Notes: a model not told the origin generated them from the letters alone. Shown: positions 9,971 through 17,655, counted from the first letter of the stretch. The stretch is DNA of 64,000 bases from a virus (IMGVR_UViG_2885972705_000001:7679-71678), one strand, 5' to 3'. Program-made: numbers and translations.

Positions 9971-10025
9971 GTCGCTCCCTCGTTGAGAAATGGCGAGACT
10001 TTATCACCAAGCAGAGAGCAACACG

Positions 10026-10044
10026 AAAGCCCGCAATGCGGGCT
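10026..10044 (-). terminator. Intrinsic terminator closing the RAMP/array transcript
   Basis: AGCCCGCA-T-TGCGGGCT hairpin followed by TTCGTGTT on the minus strand. Confidence 0.7.
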
Positions 10045-10104
10045 ATATCAATCGAAAACTTCTAACACTGCAATGCCTCCTCCAAGAAGAGACATTACGC
10101 TGTT

Positions 10105-10172
10105 ATCAGCCCATACCAAATCAAACCACACCCCGCCGGACCTAGCCGCGACTTGCCGGACCAGAACCTGCC
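10105..10172 (-). repeat. GGY-NN pentamer tract A
   Basis: GGC-AG GUU-CU GGU-CC GGC-AA GUC-GC GGC-UA GGU-CC GGC-GG GGU-GU GGU-UU GAU-UU GGU-AU GGG-CU GAU. Confidence 0.92.
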
Positions 10173-10224
10173 AGCGGCTTCTGCCACCGCAATGCCGACT
10201 GATTCCAATCGGCATTACGCTGTT

Positions 10225-10287
10225 GTCAGCCCTCACCTCGACATGCCCGACCTAACCAGGCCTCGCCCAACCTTGTCTCGCCACGCC
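10225..10287 (-). repeat. GGY-NN pentamer tract B
   Basis: GGC-GU GGC-GA GAC-AA GGU-UG GGC-GA GGC-CU GGU-UA GGU-CG GGC-AU GUC-GA GGU-GA GGG-CU GAC. Confidence 0.92.
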
Positions 10288-10338
10288 ACATGATGCGTTC
10301 GCACCGCAATGCCCTCTCATAGAAAGGACATTACTCTG

Positions 10339-10800
10339 CTATTGACCAAGAGCCTTTCGGGTCATGCCCTGGAGCGCGGAAAACTTTGCTACAGCGTCAA
10401 GGTTTGCACGTCGCTGATCATCGGTAAGCTCCGTTATCCTCAGATTCCTCAGCTTTTCTCCACTCCCGCGAAACGCCTTCCGGACATTCCGGCCCAGCTC
10501 ACTTACCGCAACTTCTGTCTGCTCATGAGGCGGCACCCAGCGGTAACCACGGCCGCGCACAGACTGAAGGCAGACCTGATGATGCTTGAGCAAGTCCGAT
10601 TTAAATGCCTCCACGTTCGCAAGCCATTCGAACTGACGCTCACGAAACTTCTCAACGGTCAGCGACTTCGAGTCAGTCATGGAAGGCATTCCGAAACGCG
10701 CCTCCAACCACTCATGCCCGACCAGATCGCCGTATTTGAATTCCTTGAGGAAGTCATCAACAGCTTGCTTGTAGCTTGGGTGCTTTGTCAGTTCAGACAT
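10339..10800 (-). CDS. Accessory protein of the RAMP/array locus, winged-helix-like (153 aa)
   Basis: Start MSELTKHP overlaps the RAMP gene end; LQSVRGRGYRW wing-like motif; helical C-terminus. Confidence 0.7.
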   Translation of the reverse strand: MSELTKHPSYKQAVDDFLKEFKYGDLVGHEWLEARFGMPSMTDSKSLTVEKFRERQFEWLANVEAFKSDLLKHHQVCLQSVRGRGYRWVPPHEQTEVAVSELGRNVRKAFRGSGEKLRNLRITELTDDQRRANLDAVAKFSALQGMTRKALGQ

Positions 10801-11368
10801 ATGCCACCTCGAAACGACCGAAGCGCGGCCGGTATTCACAGACGCCAATCAACAGTCCTGAGTCGGTGATCGCCTTTTTTGCTTCCTCTATGTTGAGTAC
10901 GTCAGCGTTGATCGCGACTTCCAGCTCGACGCCCCATTCAAGAAAGATTGGCCGGTAACGCATGATCTTCGCCTGCCCAACCTTAACCCCGCGACAATCA
11001 ACGAATCGCTGATCCTCCCAAAGAGAATCGGGAGTTGTCGGCCCAGAGAACTCCAGCTTTGCCTTGTCAGTCATTACGACCGCTCCGCGCTTCCATTGCG
11101 TGCCCAGCTTCTGAAGCTTCGCGCCAGCCAGGAACGTCGCATCGAAGTTAGCGCCGGGTACAAAGAATCCGAGCTTTTCATCGTGGTAAGCGCCGGCGAT
11201 AAATTCAGAGCGAGCGATGGCAAGATGATCGTCGTCCGTCTTCTTGCGCTTTCCGGTCAATTCCTTATGAGCCTTTGTTGCGGGATTCAAAGGGTTGGCC
11301 AGCTTGTCGCTGTGCATCATCAGCGGAGACGTGCCGGTAATTTTTAGCGTGACAAGTTCCATGCTCAT
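10793..11368 (-). CDS. Minimal RAMP/Cas7-like RNA-binding protein (Vipr-like)
   Basis: LKITGTSPLMMH (RAMP first strand), FFVPGANFDATF (like IPGSSLKG), C-terminal glycine loop GLLIGVCEYRPRFGRFEV. Confidence 0.8.
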   Translation of the reverse strand: MSMELVTLKITGTSPLMMHSDKLANPLNPATKAHKELTGKRKKTDDDHLAIARSEFIAGAYHDEKLGFFVPGANFDATFLAGAKLQKLGTQWKRGAVVMTDKAKLEFSGPTTPDSLWEDQRFVDCRGVKVGQAKIMRYRPIFLEWGVELEVAINADVLNIEEAKKAITDSGLLIGVCEYRPRFGRFEVAYV

Positions 11369-12228
11369 GCTGCGTCCCTCCGAGCAGCCTGGAAAAGAAA
11401 TCGGCAGCGCAGATTTTCAGTAGCAAGCGCCACAAACTCAAACATTTCCGCTGTGGAGACTGGCATATCCCTGTCCACAAGCATCGACTGCATGAACTGC
11501 TGCCGGGTCAAAACGAACGCACCCATTGGCACGGGCGTGACCTGCCGATTGCCGTGATGGTCGGCGCTGACGAGATATCGCTCACACTCTCCAAGTTTGT
11601 CGGGGATATCGAAGGACTTGCCCTGCCCCTTCGGAATGAACTCACCTTCCAGGACGGCGTAGGCCGCGATGAAGTTGCACGCCGACTCGAACTGGCTTGC
11701 AGGTATCAGCTCAAGGCGCGGCACGTTGAAACGCGTGTGCACTGCTGAATAAATACGCGCGGAAGCACTGCGCTGAATGGATGCTGGAAGATGTGCCACT
11801 TTGTGGCGCGCCAAGCCTTTCAGGGCATTCGTCTCGGTCATGTCGACCAGGTCATCCATCAGCGTCTTCATTCTATTGCTGGAGTCTTGGTAGCTGCCCT
11901 GCTTGCGAATCGCCGGAAGGACTTCAGCAGTCACCCACTTCTTGAAGCGCTTGGCTTCAGCCTTGCGGCTGCGCAGGATGGCCGAGTAAAGGCCGGATTC
12001 GTTTATGACCAGCATTTCTTGGTCGCCGCCAGGGGTACGCACAATCTGCGTACCCTTTTCGTCTTCGTCCAAGTTTCGAGTCATGTCACCAGCAATACGG
12101 TACTCCAGGGCGGACGACACATCTGCCGCCACGAACCACGGCTGATCATCAATCAGCAGGGTCCGCACCTGTTGCTTGCCGAACTTGAAGGGGATGACAT
12201 TGGATGTGGCTGTGCTAATATCGCTCAT
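11365..12228 (-). CDS. BRO-N domain antirepressor (Ant-like)
   Basis: PWFVAADV, INESGLYSAILRSRKAEAKRFKKWVTAEVLPAIRKQG. Confidence 0.9.
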   Translation of the reverse strand: MSDISTATSNVIPFKFGKQQVRTLLIDDQPWFVAADVSSALEYRIAGDMTRNLDEDEKGTQIVRTPGGDQEMLVINESGLYSAILRSRKAEAKRFKKWVTAEVLPAIRKQGSYQDSSNRMKTLMDDLVDMTETNALKGLARHKVAHLPASIQRSASARIYSAVHTRFNVPRLELIPASQFESACNFIAAYAVLEGEFIPKGQGKSFDIPDKLGECERYLVSADHHGNRQVTPVPMGAFVLTRQQFMQSMLVDRDMPVSTAEMFEFVALATENLRCRFLFQAARRDAA

Positions 12229-12295
12229 GACGTTTTTCCTAGTAGATTGACGTTCTGCTTCACAGGCCTCAAGCGTTGGCGCGCTTGGGGCTTTT

Positions 12296-12448
12296 TCATG
12301 CCTGTTCATTTTTCGCTTTTCCCTTGGCTTGCTGAATAATCTCAACCAGTTGCGCGTTCATCGAGCGGTTCTGCTCGCGCGCCTGCTGTTTCAACCATTC
12401 CATCAGCTCACCAGGGAATCTAACCTGCGTTCTTGCTAGATCGCTCAT
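12296..12448 (-). CDS. Arc-family ribbon-helix-helix repressor (50 aa)
   Basis: Manual translation MSDLARTQVRFPGELMEWLKQQAREQNRSMNAQLVEIIQQAKG; AAGGAGG RBS. Confidence 0.85.
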   Translation of the reverse strand: MSDLARTQVRFPGELMEWLKQQAREQNRSMNAQLVEIIQQAKGKAKNEQA

Positions 12449-12458
12449 AACCCCTCCT

Positions 12459-12511
12459 TAGTGACACGCAGTCACTATACAGCCGATATTTCACAGTGAC
12501 AAGATAGTGAC
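12459..12511. promoter_or_regulatory. Arc/Mnt-type operator in the divergent promoter region
   Basis: Palindrome TAGTGAC-N5-GTCACTA (12459-12477) plus AGTGAC half-sites at 12495 and 12506. Confidence 0.65.
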
Positions 12512-12901
12512 ATGGAAGAAATTTATAGATCTCAATTCCGCCTCCCCTACTCTCTTTATGAGCAGTTGAAGGCTTCCGCTGACAAGAATCGCCGCTCAGT
12601 GAACGCGGAGCTAATCGCGCGCCTGGAGCAAAGTTTTGAGGTTCAGCAACAAGATGCTGAGGATTCCCCTCGATTTAAGATCGATGGAGACGCCTTTAAT
12701 CTTGGGAAATATGAGCCTGGGGCTGACGCAGTGAAATTTGCAGGCGGTCCGGCAGCCGAAAAGGAAAACTCCTTTATGGCGAGTTTGCTAGAACTGATTA
12801 ATGAGTATCGCCCCGCAGAGCTCAAAACGTTGCCGCCCGATAACGCAAAACCCAAACCTAATACGGGGCCAGAGCCCCGCAAGCGCTACCCGAAGAAGTG
12901 A
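12512..12901 (+). CDS. Arc/Mnt-family repressor
   Basis: QFRLPYSLYEQLKASADKNRRSVNAELIARLEQSF. Confidence 0.85.
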   Translation: MEEIYRSQFRLPYSLYEQLKASADKNRRSVNAELIARLEQSFEVQQQDAEDSPRFKIDGDAFNLGKYEPGADAVKFAGGPAAEKENSFMASLLELINEYRPAELKTLPPDNAKPKPNTGPEPRKRYPKK

Positions 12902-12922
12902 TTGGTCCGACAAGGAACGTCA

Positions 12923-13390
12923 ATGTCACCCAAAGAGCCCATACCAGAACCCGACAATTCCAGTGCCTTTTCGTCAGTCACGGTCTGCTTCGTGCCCAGG
13001 GCATTTGCCGCCAACACCCTAGCGAACCTCGGCCTGGTAGGCACCCTCTGCAAATACGGCGACAAAGAGTTTCGACGAATCGAAAAGCTGAAGTGCGACC
13101 TGTACTTCCCAGCCGGGACGTTTGTCGCTCTTGATCAGAATGGAAACATCGACAGCATCCATACCGGGTCTGACATCGGGCAGCTTGACCTGGCTTTCAA
13201 CGACTACTTGAATTTCCTCATGGATGTTCGGCGGATCTACGAAGGGCCGGGCACCTACAACAAAAAACTTGAGGCCGTCGAGGCCATGACAACCGGCATG
13301 GGGCGCCAAGGGCATTCCCATGGCTACTTCATAGCCAAGCATGGCGGCGCGGGCCCGCTTCTCGACAAGTGTGTCCAGCGAAAGCGCTAG
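12923..13390 (+). CDS. Hypothetical moron protein
   Basis: ORF with AAGGA RBS. Confidence 0.6.
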   Translation: MSPKEPIPEPDNSSAFSSVTVCFVPRAFAANTLANLGLVGTLCKYGDKEFRRIEKLKCDLYFPAGTFVALDQNGNIDSIHTGSDIGQLDLAFNDYLNFLMDVRRIYEGPGTYNKKLEAVEAMTTGMGRQGHSHGYFIAKHGGAGPLLDKCVQRKR

Positions 13391-13432
13391 TATTCCCTCC
13401 CGCCTGAATCCACCATCGATAAGGAAATTTGT

Positions 13433-13645
13433 ATGCGGAAATTAAGGTCTATAGAAACCGTCGGACTTAGCGTTCAAGAGATCCTCAGCGAGTTCAATGA
13501 GCGCGCGGGAGAGTTTGGCGTGACAGAGGAAAACCTCGTCTCCGTGAACGTCACTCCCCCGAGTAACCCCATCAAAATACTTGATGGCGATAAAACTAAA
13601 GACGCGCGCGTCCAAGTGACTATCATTTACTGGAGCGATCGATAG
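13433..13645 (+). CDS. Hypothetical protein
   Basis: 70 aa with TAAGGA RBS. Confidence 0.6.
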   Translation: MRKLRSIETVGLSVQEILSEFNERAGEFGVTEENLVSVNVTPPSNPIKILDGDKTKDARVQVTIIYWSDR

Positions 13646-13708
13646 TCTCCACTCACTGACCCAAGCCCGGCCCGCCGGGCCTCGAACGCCACGCCAGGAG
13701 GCTCGGCC

Positions 13709-14104
13709 ATGCTTAAACTAAAAAGAATCAGTGCCAAACAAGAGATCAGGAGTGCCGTACTTCAGGAGCGCTACTACAAAGGCTCAAGCCCAAAAACCCA
13801 TGATTATATTGCGCTGTCGAACGATGCTGAGGCGGGGCTCCTTATCTACGAGGACTGGGGAACTCCCGTAGGTTTTATCTTCGAAATTTTCGTAGTCAGT
13901 GATTTCAGAAAACGCGGTATCGGGAACTGGATTCTGTCTCAAGCAGAGGTTGTTGCTGCTGAGCTTGGCAACACAAGAATCAGACTCGACGCAAGAACAC
14001 TTGATCCAGAGCAGATGAGTCATAACGACTTAGCCACTTGGTACCAGAGCAAAGGTTATGTCTGGAATAACTCTAAAGTTGGCACGCTAGAGAAGGCGCT
14101 GTAA
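13709..14104 (+). CDS. GNAT-family acetyltransferase
   Basis: IFVVSDFRKRGIGNWIL acetyl-CoA motif; WYQSKGY. Confidence 0.85.
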   Translation: MLKLKRISAKQEIRSAVLQERYYKGSSPKTHDYIALSNDAEAGLLIYEDWGTPVGFIFEIFVVSDFRKRGIGNWILSQAEVVAAELGNTRIRLDARTLDPEQMSHNDLATWYQSKGYVWNNSKVGTLEKAL

Positions 14105-14167
14105 CGTCAAAGCCCTTTTCATATCCGTCTCTGCTTTCCCTGCCTACCCATCCCATAGGATCGTTGC

Positions 14168-14431
14168 GTGTCAGAACCCAACCTCACTTTGAAATGCCTA
14201 GGCCGCACCAAACGAGGCGATGTTCTGGTTGGGCGCTACCATTTGGAAGTGACCGACATCCGAAGTGGCAAGACTGCGACTATCTCGGTCGAACCCAGGC
14301 ACTCGGCCTCGGCGCGGAGCATGAAAAGGATCCTGCTAGAGCGGTGCATATTCTACAGGGCAACGCGCGCGGAGCACGACCAGGTGCTACTTGAGATTCT
14401 TGATCCGCTGACTGAAGCAATCCAAAAATAA
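14168..14431 (+). CDS. Hypothetical protein
   Basis: 87-aa ORF, GTG start with AGGA RBS. Confidence 0.5.
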   Translation: MSEPNLTLKCLGRTKRGDVLVGRYHLEVTDIRSGKTATISVEPRHSASARSMKRILLERCIFYRATRAEHDQVLLEILDPLTEAIQK

Positions 14432-14486
14432 TCCTGCCCTAATAAGTTTTCACACTGGCTTACACCTACGCTGCACATACCCAAGG

Positions 14487-15026
14487 ATGACAATGAAGAG
14501 AGAAATGTTCGCGAAGGACGTCGGTAAAAAGATCACGCAATTTCACCAAGCCTTCGACCGCGATGACGCCCTTCTAACGGCTGTGCTTCGAGGTCACATG
14601 ATGATTGAAGAACGACTCCATGATGTGATCTCTGCGGGCGTTGCTCGTTATGCTCGCCCACACGACCGAAACGACATATTCACTTTTGGCACAGCAACAG
14701 AGCTTTGCAAATCAATCGCGGGACTGGCCGCCTCACCCGATCTTTGGGATGCTGTTAAATCACTAAACAACCTGCGGAACGCCTTGGGACATCGGAATGA
14801 ACCGGCGCGACTAGGTTCGCTCTTGCTGAAATTCTTCAAGCAGAGCGAGCCGGTTGCTCTCAGCTTTTTTGAGGTGAGCGCATCCTATGATCCAGAGGGC
14901 GAAAACGAAAGCACGCACGCCATTGCTGTTCGTAACCGAATAACTGCGATGTGGACCGTTCTAGGGATTCTCGCTGACGACTTGGCCCGCGACCTGGATA
15001 GCGCGCTTGAAACTCGGCGGCATTGA
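14487..15026 (+). CDS. HEPN-like (MtlR-type) helical protein
   Basis: LRGHMMIEERL helix and RNALGH (RxxxxH) motif. Confidence 0.6.
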   Translation: MTMKREMFAKDVGKKITQFHQAFDRDDALLTAVLRGHMMIEERLHDVISAGVARYARPHDRNDIFTFGTATELCKSIAGLAASPDLWDAVKSLNNLRNALGHRNEPARLGSLLLKFFKQSEPVALSFFEVSASYDPEGENESTHAIAVRNRITAMWTVLGILADDLARDLDSALETRRH

Positions 15027-15098
15027 CAAGGCATACCTACCAACCAGACTCGAAAACCGACCATGCGCCGGACTGAGACCTTACTACCGGAGAAGGGA

Positions 15099-15425
15099 AT
15101 GACTCCCGCGAAAAAAGCGATACAAATCACTAATGCACGCGTCCTTGTGAAGGCTGACTGCGATGCTGCAGTTGACACTGAAGCAAGCACAGAGGCTCTA
15201 CGAAACGCAATTTCTGCCTCCTTGCGAGGATCGATCAGAGGCCTTTGGGCATCGTTATTTGCTTTTCAGCTCTTCCCTGAAGGAGAGGCTGCTAACCCTG
15301 ACCATTTGGATCTTGTCGAACAACTGGAAGAACTTATCGCGAACGATGTAATGTCATTGCCCGCGAGTGAGCGCGACAGCTGCTTCAAGAATCTTGATGA
15401 GCTCGTGGCTATGCTTCAAATCTGA
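15099..15425 (+). CDS. Hypothetical protein, paralog of 24682-25005
   Basis: Shared MTP.KKA, VDTEAS, ASLRG, WAS.FA..LFP motifs. Confidence 0.7.
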   Translation: MTPAKKAIQITNARVLVKADCDAAVDTEASTEALRNAISASLRGSIRGLWASLFAFQLFPEGEAANPDHLDLVEQLEELIANDVMSLPASERDSCFKNLDELVAMLQI

Positions 15426-15659
15426 TCTCTACGTTTCGTATCACGATGACGCCGCATGAGACCCGCTCAGCCAGGCGTAAATGGGTGAACTGCTAAACGG
15501 TTGAGTCTTGGTCATTCCCGCCTGTACGAATCCTCAGTAACCCCCGACCACCGGCCAGTAGTAGTCTCCTGCCACACGCAAGGATTTCCCAGCCCTACGC
15601 CTGCAAGCCCAAGGACTGGGGTAGCGCCAATATCGGCGCGTTTATTGAAGGAGCAAGAC

Positions 15660-15914
15660 ATGCGCCAAGGGCAAACCATTTTCCCCTACGTTTTAGTTAC
15701 TGAAAGCGCGGCAGTTTCGACAAAAGCTCAGGATTTCGCCGTAGACGGAATGCAGAGCGGGTTCGGGCTTTTTACTTTTAGCTCAGAGAGCCAGCCTGAC
15801 GAGCTCTTTACTGCTCTGAGCGAGGCGGGAACGGACTTTGCTTTAATTCGGGTATACGACAAAGCGATTCGGGGAGACGGTAACTTTATGAGGGTTTTCG
15901 GCCATATCAAATAG
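15660..15914 (+). CDS. Hypothetical protein
   Basis: MRQGQTIFPY with AAGGAG RBS. Confidence 0.55.
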   Translation: MRQGQTIFPYVLVTESAAVSTKAQDFAVDGMQSGFGLFTFSSESQPDELFTALSEAGTDFALIRVYDKAIRGDGNFMRVFGHIK

Positions 15915-16110
15915 GCTGAGTTCTACCGCTACTCCAAATGACCCGGCCCTCTCTAACTTCAATCGTAGCGCCCTCGGTCATTCGGTAAGGGCCGCTGAGC
16001 AAATACTCAGCGCGCCCATCCTGGACATCAACTTCGACAGGATCGCGCTCTGGGTTGGCGAAGTTTCTGCGCCAGGCGATGGTAGGGGCAAACGGGTCTG
16101 GCTGAATCAT
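15907..16110 (-). CDS. Hypothetical protein
   Basis: 67 aa with AGGAG RBS, downstream of K. Confidence 0.5.
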   Translation of the reverse strand: MIQPDPFAPTIAWRRNFANPERDPVEVDVQDGRAEYLLSGPYRMTEGATIEVREGRVIWSSGRTQPI

Positions 16111-16135
16111 GCGTATCTCCTGCGGCCATGCCGCG

Positions 16136-16900
16136 TCATGTTGGTTGTTTTGCGTCTTTGTGCCTGAGAATCAGGCGTGTTCGGTCGTTCCAGGGGCCGC
16201 CGTAGACAATGATCTCGGACGGCCTGCCATATAGGTGATGAAGCAGGAACGGGCCAGGCCCGAACGTGCATGACTCTTCACCAGCTAACGCAGGATCAGT
16301 ACCCAGGTAAATCCCCGCGTGATTCGGGTGAACCGTTCGGCCGACATGCATGACTATCAGGTCACCGCGCTGCGGCTGGTCCACCTGCACAAAGCCGGCG
16401 GCCTCGTAATGCTGTTCGTACAGGCTTGCGTTCTCCGCGCTCTCCCACCAGCCATCAGTGCGCTGGAAGGTTTCAAACTCCAGTCCCCACTCCCGCTGAT
16501 ACCAGTCAGCGCAAACCTGCCAGCAGTCCCAGGCTCCGTGAACGAACGGGCGCTTGAGCAGCGGCGTGCTGCCGGTTGGCGTGATCGTGCGCAGATCGCC
16601 CTCCGGCCAGCTCAGGATATGCCAGGGCAACGCCGTGGCCTCACACATCGCCAGGTCGTGCGATGACGGCCGGCTGGTGGCGTCTGGGTGCGAATGAACA
16701 ATACCGATCACCTCGCCCAGGTCTTCCGCCGCGGCGTAGTCCTCAGGATCTAGCCGAAACTCTTCGTTTGGCTCCGTGGCGATGTTCCGGCACGGGAAGT
16801 ACTTCTGCGACCGCCCGATTGCCAACAGCAGCCCGCAGCACTCTTTCGGGTACTGGGCGGCGGCGTGCGCCTGAATGGCCGCAATAATGTGCTTGCGCAT
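16136..16900 (-). CDS. Tail assembly protein K (JAB + NlpC/P60)
   Basis: YPKECCG, IVHSHPD, DCWQVC, NHAGIYLG, LLHHLYGR. Confidence 0.93.
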   Translation of the reverse strand: MRKHIIAAIQAHAAAQYPKECCGLLLAIGRSQKYFPCRNIATEPNEEFRLDPEDYAAAEDLGEVIGIVHSHPDATSRPSSHDLAMCEATALPWHILSWPEGDLRTITPTGSTPLLKRPFVHGAWDCWQVCADWYQREWGLEFETFQRTDGWWESAENASLYEQHYEAAGFVQVDQPQRGDLIVMHVGRTVHPNHAGIYLGTDPALAGEESCTFGPGPFLLHHLYGRPSEIIVYGGPWNDRTRLILRHKDAKQPT

Positions 16901-16902
16901 GA

Positions 16903-17655
16903 TCAGCTCCGGGCAATGAGTGAAACGGCGGGGAATCCACCGAAGGCCAATTCGTTGTTCTCGCCAAACCGCAGCTTGCAGGACGACAGACAGCCCTTAC
17001 ACTGATCCTTCGACGGATCGTCCGTTGGGTTGTCCTCGTCGTCGAACATCACCGCGCCGGTGTAACCGCAGTCCGGCCCCCGGTAGCCATTGGTCATGGC
17101 CCAGTGGCAGAACGTGGTCATCTGCCGGCCCGGCAGCCCGTGGTTATCGATCTCGCCCGGGGAAGACAGCTCCCACACCACCGCCTCACCGTCCTCGCTG
17201 GTCTTCTGGTCGATGAACCAGATTTCCAGCGCTTCCTGGGTCGGATTCGCCGTTGGGTTCCCCTCCGGGAAGTTCGCCGCATCCAGGTACTGGACCAGGG
17301 TCTCTCGAACCGTCAGCTTGAACTTGAGCATGTCCTCGAACGCCAGGCACAACGCCGTGACGCGCCCGTTGATGTTGCCGGCGGCGAAGGTCGGGCGTGA
17401 GGCGGTGCCGTCGCTGCTGGAGGAAATGCCCTCGATCTGCACCGGCCAGGCAGCGTATTCCTCGCCCTGCCACCAAATCGACTTGGCCGGCAGGTCCTCT
17501 TCCGAGTGTTCGTAGGCCATCAGCTCTTCCGGCGTGTGCGGAATCGCGTGCCCGTGGAAGCGCAGGTAATCGGCGCCGTACTCGGTCCCGTCGATTTCAA
17601 ACAGGCGAATCTCGCCGCCGGGCTCCAGTTTCTGGATGTCCGTGATCAGTGCCAT
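16903..17655 (-). CDS. Minor tail protein L
   Basis: C-terminal Cys cluster (CHW...CGY...CKGCLSSCKLRF), FGGFP. Confidence 0.93.
   Translation of the reverse strand: MALITDIQKLEPGGEIRLFEIDGTEYGADYLRFHGHAIPHTPEELMAYEHSEEDLPAKSIWWQGEEYAAWPVQIEGISSSSDGTASRPTFAAGNINGRVTALCLAFEDMLKFKLTVRETLVQYLDAANFPEGNPTANPTQEALEIWFIDQKTSEDGEAVVWELSSPGEIDNHGLPGRQMTTFCHWAMTNGYRGPDCGYTGAVMFDDEDNPTDDPSKDQCKGCLSSCKLRFGENNELAFGGFPAVSLIARS

Larger units (their letters stand above)
10064..10338 (-). ncRNA. Putative guide-RNA array: 3 hairpin repeats and 2 GGY-NN pentamer tracts (VIPR-like)
   Basis: Hairpin repeats at 10064-10104, 10185-10222 and 10302-10338 (period 119/117 nt); strict 5-nt periodic tracts between them; begins immediately after the stop codon at 10339. 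Confidence 0.85.

Noticed and set aside
10048-10236. 62-aa ORF with a repeated ADNSVM motif
   Set aside because: Artefact of translating the RNA repeats; 5-nt periodicity fits coding sequence poorly
10105-10287. Pentamer tracts as microsatellite or iterons
   Set aside because: NN positions are fully variable while the phase is strictly kept, which slippage repeats do not show
10064-10338. Canonical CRISPR array or TIGR array
   Set aside because: Repeats are degenerate hairpins, the intervening tracts are 5-nt periodic rather than unique spacers, and there are no cas1/2 or Nop-domain genes
15522-15537. Possible LexA box CTGTACGAATCCTCAG
   Set aside because: Fits CTG-N10-CAG but is degenerate and over 100 nt from the next start; not supported enough
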